Of a stretch of DNA of 24,000 bases, positions 8,463 to 16,210 are shown piece after piece. Position 1 is the first letter of the stretch; each line of letters opens with the position of its first letter. The stretch comes from Lachnospiraceae bacterium KGMB03038 (GTDB taxonomy: Bacteria; Bacillota; Clostridia; Lachnospirales; Lachnospiraceae). Position numbers and translations under genes: made by a program. The notes beneath the pieces were generated by a model. It was not told where the DNA came from. It searched no databases and saw only the letters and a list, made by a program, of their open reading frames with translations. Location of the stretch: positions 1,350,893 through 1,374,892 of the forward strand of contig CP041667.1 of NCBI GenBank assembly GCA_007361935.1. The letters run 5' to 3'.

Positions 8463-9347
8463 ATGAATTTAAGTCAGTTGAAATATTTTGTTACGCTGGC
8501 CCGATTGGAGCATTATACAAAGGCGGCGGAAGAATTGGAGATCTCCCAGCCGTCTCTGAGTTATGCTATGACGATGCTGGAGCAGGAACTGGGCACAAAA
8601 CTCTTTCAGAAAAAAGGGAGGAATATTGTGCTGACAAAATATGGAAAGTTTTTCCTGGACTATGTGGAGCAGTCTCTTCAGACGCTGGAACTGGGAGTCC
8701 GCAAGACAAAAAGTATGACCGGGCAGACGAAGGGACGTATCGATCTGGCATACATCTATACTCTGGGGAGCGAGTTTGTCCCAAGGATCGTGGGGGATTT
8801 TCTTCGGAGCCATGAAGAACTGGATATCCAGTTTCATTTCACAGTGGGAAATACTTCTGAATTGCTGAAAGGATTGAAAGAAGAAACCTTTGATCTTGCT
8901 TTTTGTTCGATGCCGGAGAAAGAAGCGGGGATCGAGTTCTTTCCGGTTGCAAGGGAAACCCTGGCGGTGGTGGTGCCAAAGGGGCATCCTCTTTCCGGCC
9001 GGGGGGAAGTGGATCTGGAAGAGACGGCCCCCTATCCTCAGATCTTTTTTACCCAGAGCAGCGGACTTAGGCCGGTGGTGGAAAGTTTATTTGAGACAGC
9101 AAAGATCAAACCCAAGATTGCTTATGAGATTGAAGAGGACGGTTCCATGGCCGGACTTGTGGCGCAGAATTTTGGGATCGCCGTCATGCCGGACATTCCG
9201 ATCTTAAAGACGCTGAATGTGGACGTGCTGGCACTGCGGTCGCCGCGGTACCGGAGATATGTCTATATGGCCAGGTCCAAAGATAACTATGAGACGCCGG
9301 TAGTAAAGAAATTCGCGGAGTACGTAAAGAGAGTGTGCCATTGTTAG
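8463..9347 (+). CDS. LysR-family transcriptional regulator (divergent from the enoate reductase)
   Basis: N-terminal HTH: MNLSQLKYFVTLARLEHYTKAAEELEISQPSLSYAMTMLEQELGTKLFQKKGRNIVLT. I prefer the ATG at 8463 (AAAGGAGGG RBS at 8449-8457) over the track start at 8427. Confidence 0.9.
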   Translation: MNLSQLKYFVTLARLEHYTKAAEELEISQPSLSYAMTMLEQELGTKLFQKKGRNIVLTKYGKFFLDYVEQSLQTLELGVRKTKSMTGQTKGRIDLAYIYTLGSEFVPRIVGDFLRSHEELDIQFHFTVGNTSELLKGLKEETFDLAFCSMPEKEAGIEFFPVARETLAVVVPKGHPLSGRGEVDLEETAPYPQIFFTQSSGLRPVVESLFETAKIKPKIAYEIEEDGSMAGLVAQNFGIAVMPDIPILKTLNVDVLALRSPRYRRYVYMARSKDNYETPVVKKFAEYVKRVCHC

Positions 9348-10225
9348 GGCATAGATTCTTTTCGGATAAACTGGATGAAATTTTTAACAGCAGGGATCAG
9401 ATACCGGTCCTTCATATGCGCCAGGTACACGGTATGGACTAACGTGACATCAGACAGAGACAGGATCTGGACATTCCTTTCGCGGATGGCATCTACATCG
9501 GCCACCAGAGCAATGCCAAAATTCTCCTCGACCAGAGCGGATATGGCATTCTCGTCAGGAGACTCACAGATGATATCCGGCGTCAGATGATGGGAGGCAT
9601 AAAGACGGTTTGTAAATTTTCCAAGACCGGAGGTCTTGTCGTATCCGATCAACGGGTAATCGTTAAGATCGCGGAGGATCAGGTTCTCTTTTTGCGTGAT
9701 CGGATGGCCTTGGGGGGCGATGACGACCATTTTTTGGCGGATAATAGGAATAAATTGGATATCCGGCTCGTTCTCTACATAAGAACAGAAGATCAGGTCA
9801 AACCGTTCCTTTTTCAGACCCTCGATCAGCGCGTCGGTGTGCAGCTGGTGAAAGCCAAAAGAGATGTCCTGATAAGACCGCTGGCTGAGAAAACGGCGGA
9901 CCATGTGGGGAATATAGCGTCCGGCCAGCGGGAACACATAGGCAATATCAATCCGGCCTTCGCCGCCGGCGAGCTGGCGCATCTGGGATTTGGCGGTTTC
10001 TACATCCTGGAGGATCTTGTCAACATGCTCCAGAAATATGCGGCCATATTTGGTAAGGCGGACGTTCCTGCCCTGCCGTTCAAATAGGATAATGCCCAGT
10101 TCTTCCTCTAAAGCGGAGATAGAACGGCTGAGGGAAGGCTGGGAGAGATTCAGCTTGGCCGCCGCCTGGCGGAAGTGGGAGAGCTTGGCGATGGTCTGAA
10201 AATATATGAGTTGGTTTAAAGTCAT
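9344..10225 (-). CDS. LysR-family transcriptional regulator (divergent from ydiB; probable quinate/shikimate operon regulator)
   Basis: HTH: MTLNQLIYFQTIAKLSHFRQAAAKLNLSQPSLSRSISALEEELGIILFERQGRNVRLT. Colinear with, and similar to, the neighbouring LysR protein. AAGGAGG RBS on the minus strand. Confidence 0.9.
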   Translation of the reverse strand: MTLNQLIYFQTIAKLSHFRQAAAKLNLSQPSLSRSISALEEELGIILFERQGRNVRLTKYGRIFLEHVDKILQDVETAKSQMRQLAGGEGRIDIAYVFPLAGRYIPHMVRRFLSQRSYQDISFGFHQLHTDALIEGLKKERFDLIFCSYVENEPDIQFIPIIRQKMVVIAPQGHPITQKENLILRDLNDYPLIGYDKTSGLGKFTNRLYASHHLTPDIICESPDENAISALVEENFGIALVADVDAIRERNVQILSLSDVTLVHTVYLAHMKDRYLIPAVKNFIQFIRKESMP

Positions 10226-10298
10226 GGTATGCGCCTCCTTTGTGCAAAGTATAACATAAATGATAATAAAAAACTATCAAAAATAATTAAAAGATATA

Positions 10299-10328
10299 TT
10301 AGAACTATCATAGCGGATAGGATATAAT
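10299..10328 (+). promoter_or_regulatory. Candidate sigma-A promoter for the ydiB operon
   Basis: TTAGAA (10299-10304), an 18-nt spacer, then a perfect TATAAT (10323-10328), in a very AT-rich divergent region. The 8-mer AACTATCA occurs twice (10272-10279 and 10303-10310). Confidence 0.4.
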
Positions 10329-10331
10329 GAC

Positions 10332-10347
10332 GGTAAGAGGTTGTTTA
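10332..10347. promoter_or_regulatory. Candidate operator element, copy 2 (GGTAAGAGGTTGTTTA)
   Basis: Matches 8304-8319. TTGTTTA (10341-10347) and TTAACAA (10352-10358) form a 6-of-7 inverted repeat separated by 4 nt, immediately downstream of the -10 box. Confidence 0.3.
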
Positions 10348-10379
10348 TTAATTAACAAACAAAAATGGAGGACAAAACG

Positions 10380-11255
10380 ATGTCAGAGAGAATTACAGGT
10401 CACACAGAGTTGATCGGGCTGATGGCGTATCCTATCCGTCATTCCAGCTCGCCGGCGATGCAGAATGAAGCGTTTGCGAAATTAGGGCTTGATTACGCCT
10501 ATCTTGCGTTTGAGGTAGATAATGAAACCCTGGAGGATGCGATCACAGGGCTTCGCGCGTTAAAAATGAGAGGTTCTAATGTATCTATGCCGAATAAAAC
10601 AGTAGTCCATAAATATCTGGACAAGCTTTCCCCGGCAGCCCAGATGTGCGGAGCGGTCAACACGATCGTCAATGACGATGGCGTACTGACCGGCCATATT
10701 ACAGATGGAGTTGGATATATGAAGGCTCTTCAGGATAATCAGATTGATGTGATCGGAAAAAAGATGACGATCGTGGGCGCGGGGGGAGCCGCCACAGCGA
10801 TCGAGATCCAGGCGGCCTTGGATGGAGTGAAAGAGATATCTATCTTTAATCAGAAGGATAAGTTCTGGGAAAACGCGAAGGAGACGGTCCGCAAGATCAA
10901 CGAAAAGACAGAATGTAAAGCGGCTTTGTACGATCTGGAGGACCTTGGAAAGTTGAAGGAAGAGATCGAGGATAGTTATCTGTTTGCCAACGCTACAGGG
11001 GTAGGGATGAAGCCTCTGGAAGGTCAGACCTATATCCCGGACAAATCTTTCCTAAGACCAGACCTGATCGTGACGGACGTGGTTTATTTCCCAAGAGAGA
11101 CGGCGCTTCTTAAGATGGCGAAAGAAGTGGGATGTAAAACGATGAACGGCCTTGGCATGATGCTGTTCCAGGGCTCAGCGGCCTTCGAGCTGTGGACAGG
11201 CCAGCCTATGCCCATTGACTATATGAAGGAAATCCTAGACATCAGATACGAATAG
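10380..11255 (+). CDS. ydiB: Quinate/shikimate 5-dehydrogenase, YdiB type
   Basis: ELIGLMAYPIRHSSSPAMQNEAF, LKMRGSNVSMPNK, AVNTIVNDDG and IVGAGGAATAI match my recollection of E. coli YdiB almost block for block, including the YdiB-type SSP.MQN rather than the AroE-type SP.MHN. The ATG at 10380 has GGAGGA 7 nt upstream and is preferred to the track start at 10365. Confidence 0.9.
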   Translation: MSERITGHTELIGLMAYPIRHSSSPAMQNEAFAKLGLDYAYLAFEVDNETLEDAITGLRALKMRGSNVSMPNKTVVHKYLDKLSPAAQMCGAVNTIVNDDGVLTGHITDGVGYMKALQDNQIDVIGKKMTIVGAGGAATAIEIQAALDGVKEISIFNQKDKFWENAKETVRKINEKTECKAALYDLEDLGKLKEEIEDSYLFANATGVGMKPLEGQTYIPDKSFLRPDLIVTDVVYFPRETALLKMAKEVGCKTMNGLGMMLFQGSAAFELWTGQPMPIDYMKEILDIRYE

Positions 11256-11270
11256 AAAAGGAGAGTAAGT

Positions 11271-12464
11271 GTGGAAAAGAAATACATACCAAGCGCGTTG
11301 ATCTTATATCTGAATTATTTTATCCACGGGATCGGGTGCTCCATCTTAAGCCAGCAGGTGGTGAAGGAAGAGCTGGTAAGTCAGTGGGGGCTCTCGGATG
11401 TTATGACGGTCACTTCTGTGGCGGCGGCCCTGGGTCTTGGCCGATTGATCTCTCTTCCCTTTGCCGGCCCGGTCTCAGACAAATTGGGGAGGAAGCTCTC
11501 CGTGCTGATCGGTGTGGCCTCCTATGTGATCTTCTTTGCAGGGATCACATTTTCCCCCAATATGCAGTTTGCCTATGTGGCGGCAGTCCTGGGAGGGATC
11601 GCTAATTCGTTCCTGGATACGGCGACCTATCCGGCAGTCACAGAGATCATTTACCGCTATACCGGAATCGCGACTATGGGGATCAAATTCTTTATCTCGA
11701 TCGCCCAGCTTCTGATGCCATTTTTCTTGGGAGTGGCGGCAGGGACACAGATGTCTTATCTGGCGCTTCCGCTGGTGTCGGGGATCGCCATCGCGGTACT
11801 GGGGATCCTGGCTCTTTTTGCCCCATTGCCCGCCAAGCCAGAAAATGAGAAGTCGGAGTCCTTTATCGATAATCTCAAGAACGCGCATTTCTCCCTGGAA
11901 AGCGCGGCGCTGATCCTGATCGGGTTTACCAGTACGGCTACCTTCCAGCTCTGGCTGAACTGCGCCCAGACCTTCGGGACGGAAGTGGCTGGTATTCCTT
12001 CCGCCTCGGTTTCTATCATGCAGACGTATTATTCAGCCGGGACTATGGCGGCTCTGGTGATCACCAGCATTCTGATCGTCAAATTCCGGCAGGTAAGATT
12101 CCTGGTAATCTATCCGGCGATCTCCCTGGTCATGCTGATCTTAGTGTATCTGATACGGACACCGATGATCTGCAATATAGGGGCGTTTGTGATCGGCTAC
12201 TCTGCGGCGGGAGGCGTACTTCAGATGGCAACAGCCACAGTCAATGATCTGTTCCCCAAGATCAAAGGGACGATCACCAGCCTTGTCATGATCGCGTCCA
12301 GTTTGTGCAACTACACCATTCTGAGCGCGGCTTCCAAGATGTCCGCGGAGAATGTGATCGTGATGAATCTGGCGATCACTGTGATCGGTGTGCTTCTTGC
12401 TTTATTTGTAAACCTGAGATATGAAAAATTGCTGGCTGCCGTGGAAAGTCCCGGACGGCAGTAA
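11271..12464 (+). CDS. MFS transporter (YdiN/YdiM-like position; probable quinate/shikimate/dehydroshikimate carrier)
   Basis: About 12 hydrophobic segments. MFS motif A: PFAGPVSDKLGRKLSVLIG. GTG start with an AAAAGGAGAG RBS. It sits between ydiB and aroD, as the MFS gene ydiN neighbours ydiB-aroD in E. coli. Confidence 0.85.
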   Translation: MEKKYIPSALILYLNYFIHGIGCSILSQQVVKEELVSQWGLSDVMTVTSVAAALGLGRLISLPFAGPVSDKLGRKLSVLIGVASYVIFFAGITFSPNMQFAYVAAVLGGIANSFLDTATYPAVTEIIYRYTGIATMGIKFFISIAQLLMPFFLGVAAGTQMSYLALPLVSGIAIAVLGILALFAPLPAKPENEKSESFIDNLKNAHFSLESAALILIGFTSTATFQLWLNCAQTFGTEVAGIPSASVSIMQTYYSAGTMAALVITSILIVKFRQVRFLVIYPAISLVMLILVYLIRTPMICNIGAFVIGYSAAGGVLQMATATVNDLFPKIKGTITSLVMIASSLCNYTILSAASKMSAENVIVMNLAITVIGVLLALFVNLRYEKLLAAVESPGRQ

Positions 12465-12484
12465 GAAAAAGGAGGAAATAAAAA

Positions 12485-13246
12485 ATGAGACCAGTAGTGG
12501 TGAGAAATGTAAAAATCGGGGAGGGTATCCCGAAAGTCTGCGTACCTATCGTAGGGACAACAAGGGAGGAAATCTTGGAAGCGGGGGAAAAAATCCTGGA
12601 TCTTGGCGCGGATGTGGCAGAATGGCGCGTAGATTGGTATGCGGATATTTTTGACGCGGATCAGACAGAAGAGACGGCAAAGGGGCTTCGGAAGGCTTTG
12701 GGAGACATCCCCCTTCTCTTTACCTTTCGGACCGCTAAGGAAGGCGGGGAGAAGGAAATCGAGACGGCTGCCTATGCGGAACTGAATAAGAACGCCATCA
12801 AAACAGGATTGATCGACCTGGTAGATGTGGAACTGTTTACTGGGGAAAAGGAAGTTCAGGAGATTATTGAAACAGCCCATGCCTGTGGAGTGAAGGTGGT
12901 GGCTTCCAATCATGATTTCCAGAAAACCCCGGATAAAGAGGAGATCCTATCCCGCCTTTGCAAGATGCAGCAGCTGGGAGCGGATATTCCTAAGATCGCT
13001 GTCATGCCCCGGAATAAGAAAGATGTCCTGACACTGCTTGCCGCTACCCGGGAAATGGCTGAAGAATACGCGGACCGGCCGATCATCACCATGTCTATGG
13101 GAGGAACCGGCGTTATCAGCCGACTGTGCGGCGAGGTGTTTGGCTCAGCGCTGACGTTTGGGGCGGCAGGAAAAGCTTCCGCCCCAGGACAGATGGGAGT
13201 GGAGGAATTAAAGACAGTGCTTGGACTTCTGCATGAAAGCTTATAG
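12485..13246 (+). CDS. aroD: Type I 3-dehydroquinate dehydratase
   Basis: Colinear with E. coli AroD as I recall it: EWRVDWYAD, PLLFTFRTAKEGGE, SNHDFQKTP (catalytic His), ADIPKIAVMP (Schiff-base Lys), ADRPIITMSMG, FGSALTFGA..KASAPGQ. Strong AAGGAGGAAA RBS. Confidence 0.95.
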   Translation: MRPVVVRNVKIGEGIPKVCVPIVGTTREEILEAGEKILDLGADVAEWRVDWYADIFDADQTEETAKGLRKALGDIPLLFTFRTAKEGGEKEIETAAYAELNKNAIKTGLIDLVDVELFTGEKEVQEIIETAHACGVKVVASNHDFQKTPDKEEILSRLCKMQQLGADIPKIAVMPRNKKDVLTLLAATREMAEEYADRPIITMSMGGTGVISRLCGEVFGSALTFGAAGKASAPGQMGVEELKTVLGLLHESL

Positions 13247-13274
13247 TTGAGGCAGCGGAAAAGTGAGGTGCTCT

Positions 13275-13760
13275 ATGAAAAAAGGATTGCGGTGGCTGGA
13301 CCAGAACCTGGAGGAATGTCTGATGGTGTTCCTCCTGGCGGCTATGACGGTGATCATGGGGATCCAGGTGTTTTCCAGATATGCGCTTGGCATGTCTCTT
13401 ACCTGGTCTGAGGAACTGACCAGATATCTCTTTATCTGGGCCGGCTTCTTAAGCGTCAGCTATTGTACGAAGAAGTGTATCTCGATCAAGATCGAACAAT
13501 TTGTGGCATTGTTTCCAAAGAGGGGGAAAGCCCTCTTTAAAGTGGTGAATCACACGCTGGAACTGATCCTGTTTTTCTATCTGATCCCCTGCGCGTGGAA
13601 GTATTTCCATACGGCCATCGCAAGCGGGCAGACGAGCCCGGCCCTGGGACTTCCTATGTACGCGGTGCAGGCGGCGCCGCTTTTGGGGTTCCTTCTTGCC
13701 GCTGTCCGGGTGCTGCAGAGATGGATCGTGGAGTTCCGGGCTGTGCGGGGAAAGGAGTAG
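13275..13760 (+). CDS. TRAP transporter small permease (DctQ family)
   Basis: Four hydrophobic segments with the family block FSRYALGMSLTWSEELTRYLFIWAGFLS. I prefer the ATG at 13275 (GAGGTG upstream) to the GTG at 13263. Confidence 0.85.
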   Translation: MKKGLRWLDQNLEECLMVFLLAAMTVIMGIQVFSRYALGMSLTWSEELTRYLFIWAGFLSVSYCTKKCISIKIEQFVALFPKRGKALFKVVNHTLELILFFYLIPCAWKYFHTAIASGQTSPALGLPMYAVQAAPLLGFLLAAVRVLQRWIVEFRAVRGKE

Positions 13761-13763
13761 ATC

Positions 13764-15041
13764 ATGCCGACTGTTATTGTATTTCTTGTATTTATAGTCT
13801 GTCTGGTCATTGCGATTCCGGTTTCCATTTCCCTTTCGGCGGCATCCGTCCTGCCGGGGATACTGGATTCTTCCTTTGCGGCAAGCGGGACGTTTGTCGT
13901 CCGCTCCATGCTGGGAGGACTGGACAGCTTTCCGCTGCTGGCGGTACCGATGTTCGCGCTGTCGGGGATCCTTATGGCAAAAGGAGGGATTTCGGAGAAA
14001 TTATTTCATGTATTTGCGTATTTCATGGGGAAGCGGACGGCTGGGCTGCCCTGCGCGGTGATCGTTACCTGTCTGTTTTACAGGGCTATTTCCGGTTCCG
14101 GTCCAGCCACGGTGGCGGCGGTGGGAAGTATGACGATCCCGATCCTGATCCGTATGGGTTATGATAAGACCTTTTCCACGGCGATCGTGGCGGTGGCGGG
14201 AGGGCTGGGTGTGATCATCCCGCCCAGTATTCCCTTTATCATGTACGGAATTGCCTCCGGCGCATCTGTAAGCGACCTGTTTGTGGCGGGGATCGTCCCG
14301 GGTATTTTTATCAGCCTCTTATTGATGATGTATGCGGTGTTTTACTGTAAAAAGCATGGGGAGGATGAGAAGAAAAAGCAGGAGTTGGTAGGCGCTCTCA
14401 GAGAGAAAGGGTTCCTCTGTGTCCTGAGGGAAAGCGCGTTGGCGCTGCTAAGTCCGGTGATCATCCTGGGATGCATCTACGCAGGCATCGCCTCCCCTAC
14501 GGAAGCGGCGGTGATCTCTGTATTCTATGCGCTGTTCATCAGTCTGTTTGTGTATAAAAGCATTTCCGTGGGAGATATCTGGGGGATCCTGGTGGAAGGG
14601 ATCCGTACTTATACGCCGATTCTGTTTATCCTGGCGGCATCGGTGGCCTTTTCCAGGGTGCTTACGCTCCTGCAGGTGCCCCAGGGAGTCAGCGACTGGA
14701 TTTTAAGCCATGTTGCAGACCCGGTGATTCTTCTGCTGGTCATCAACGGGTTCCTTCTGGCGGTAGGGATGATCATGGATACGACCCCGGCGATCCTGAT
14801 CCTGCTTCCGATCGTGACGGAAGTGGGAGTAGATCCTATCCATTTTGGGATCATCATGGTGGTGAATCTGGCCATTGGTTTTGTGACACCGCCTATTGGG
14901 GTCAATCTGTTCGTGGCGTCTTCGCTGTCAGATATTCCGGTGATGGAGATTGCCGGAAAGGCAGTGCCGATGATCGGATATTTTCTGCTGGCGCTTCTGG
15001 TGATCACGTTTGTGCCGGCTGTCAGCCTGATACTATTGTAG
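13764..15041 (+). CDS. TRAP transporter large permease (DctM family)
   Basis: 425-aa polytopic protein with DctM blocks FPLLAVPMFALSGILMAKGGISEKLF and SGSGPATVAAVGSMTIP. Starts 3 nt after the small-permease stop. Confidence 0.9.
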   Translation: MPTVIVFLVFIVCLVIAIPVSISLSAASVLPGILDSSFAASGTFVVRSMLGGLDSFPLLAVPMFALSGILMAKGGISEKLFHVFAYFMGKRTAGLPCAVIVTCLFYRAISGSGPATVAAVGSMTIPILIRMGYDKTFSTAIVAVAGGLGVIIPPSIPFIMYGIASGASVSDLFVAGIVPGIFISLLLMMYAVFYCKKHGEDEKKKQELVGALREKGFLCVLRESALALLSPVIILGCIYAGIASPTEAAVISVFYALFISLFVYKSISVGDIWGILVEGIRTYTPILFILAASVAFSRVLTLLQVPQGVSDWILSHVADPVILLLVINGFLLAVGMIMDTTPAILILLPIVTEVGVDPIHFGIIMVVNLAIGFVTPPIGVNLFVASSLSDIPVMEIAGKAVPMIGYFLLALLVITFVPAVSLILL

Positions 15042-15060
15042 TTTCAACTTTGGAGGAAAT

Positions 15061-16050
15061 ATGAAGAGATGGAAATACGCGCTTCTGGTCTCTTTGTCCG
15101 CCGGAATCCTGGCGGGATGCGCGGCAGACCAGGAAGAACAGACATACGCGTACCCTTTGGCCACCGCAAGTCCGGAGGATACGGTGACGCAGATCTACGC
15201 GGAGAAATTTGCGGAAGAAGTAGACCGTTTAAGCGGCGGGCGGATTGAGATCCAGATCTATCCCAACAGTGTGCTGGGCGGAGACCGGGAACTCTTAGAG
15301 AGCTGTTACGACGGGGATATCCCCTTTGTCGTGCAGAATACGGCCCCTCAGGTCAACTTCATTCCGGATACGGCAGTTTTCGACAGCCCCTGTGTGTTTG
15401 ACAGCCTGGAGGAAGTAAGAGAGACGATCGATGAGCCGGAATTCCTGGATCTCATCCGCCGGTCCTACCGGGAAGCCGGATATGAGCTCCTTGGCTTCGC
15501 GGACCAGGGCTTTCGCGTGATGTCGACGAATCAGAAGGCGGAATCCTTCGAGGACTTTGCGGGGCAGAAGATACGGACGATGGAGAACCAGTATCATCTG
15601 GAATTCTGGAAGGCGCTGGGGGCCAATCCTACTCCGATGAATTTCAGCGAGGTTTACATCGGCCTGCAGCAGAATACGATCGATGCCCAGGAGAACCCGT
15701 ATGAAGTTATTGTGTCCAATCGGCTTTATGAACAGCAGGACTATGTGGTAGAGACGAACCATCTTCCACATCTGATCTCGCTGATCGTCAATGAGGGATT
15801 CTACGCCAGTCTTTCCGACGAGGACCAGGAGATCCTGCGAAAAGCGCAGGAGTCTGCGCAGTCATACGCGCGAGAGGCTTCCGATGAAAGGATCGCGGAA
15901 CGTATCCGGGAGATCGAGGAAAGCGGGACTCAGATCTTAAGCCTGGACGAGGAAACAAAAGCGGCGATGATCGAGGCATGCGAACCTGTCTATGAGGAGA
16001 TACGCGAGGTGGTTTCAGAAGAAATCGCGGCCGCTTATATGGGAGAGTAG
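15061..16050 (+). CDS. TRAP transporter substrate-binding lipoprotein (DctP family)
   Basis: Lipobox LAGC in MKRWKYALLVSLSAGILAGCAAD. DctP blocks KIRTMEN (carboxylate-binding Arg), ALGANPTPMNFSEVYIGLQQNTIDAQENPY. Confidence 0.9.
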   Translation: MKRWKYALLVSLSAGILAGCAADQEEQTYAYPLATASPEDTVTQIYAEKFAEEVDRLSGGRIEIQIYPNSVLGGDRELLESCYDGDIPFVVQNTAPQVNFIPDTAVFDSPCVFDSLEEVRETIDEPEFLDLIRRSYREAGYELLGFADQGFRVMSTNQKAESFEDFAGQKIRTMENQYHLEFWKALGANPTPMNFSEVYIGLQQNTIDAQENPYEVIVSNRLYEQQDYVVETNHLPHLISLIVNEGFYASLSDEDQEILRKAQESAQSYAREASDERIAERIREIEESGTQILSLDEETKAAMIEACEPVYEEIREVVSEEIAAAYMGE

Positions 16051-16070
16051 AATAGAGTGGGGACAGCCGC

Positions 16071-16107
16071 GGGGCACAGGAAAATCCTGTGCCCCTATTT
16101 CTTTTTT
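16071..16107 (+). terminator. Rho-independent terminator ending the ydiB-to-dctP operon
   Basis: ggggcacagg (16071-16080) is the perfect complement of cctgtgcccc (16086-16095), with loop aaaat, followed by tatttctttttt. Confidence 0.9.
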
Positions 16108-16116
16108 AAAGAAAAA

Positions 16117-16125
16117 TGGTATAAT
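16117..16125 (+). promoter_or_regulatory. Extended -10 promoter (TGgTATAAT) for the six-gene unit
   Basis: TG at 16117-16118, one nt, then a perfect TATAAT at 16120-16125. It lies just after the terminator and about 85 nt before the ATG at 16211. The -35 region is T-rich and poor. Confidence 0.5.
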
Positions 16126-16210
16126 CAAAAAGAGTTGGCAAAGAGCGGGCCAAGTTCTTTTTTTACCACAGGAGGAATATAGATTTAGAAAAGCGGACAA
16201 GGATTTTACT

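Noticed and set aside
15992-16210. Upstream extension of the SpoIID/LytB ORF as given in the track (start 15992)
   Set aside because: The extension overlaps the 3' end of dctP and reads straight through a perfect 10-bp terminator and the promoter. The ATG at 16211 gives a sensible basic-tail-plus-TM N-terminus.
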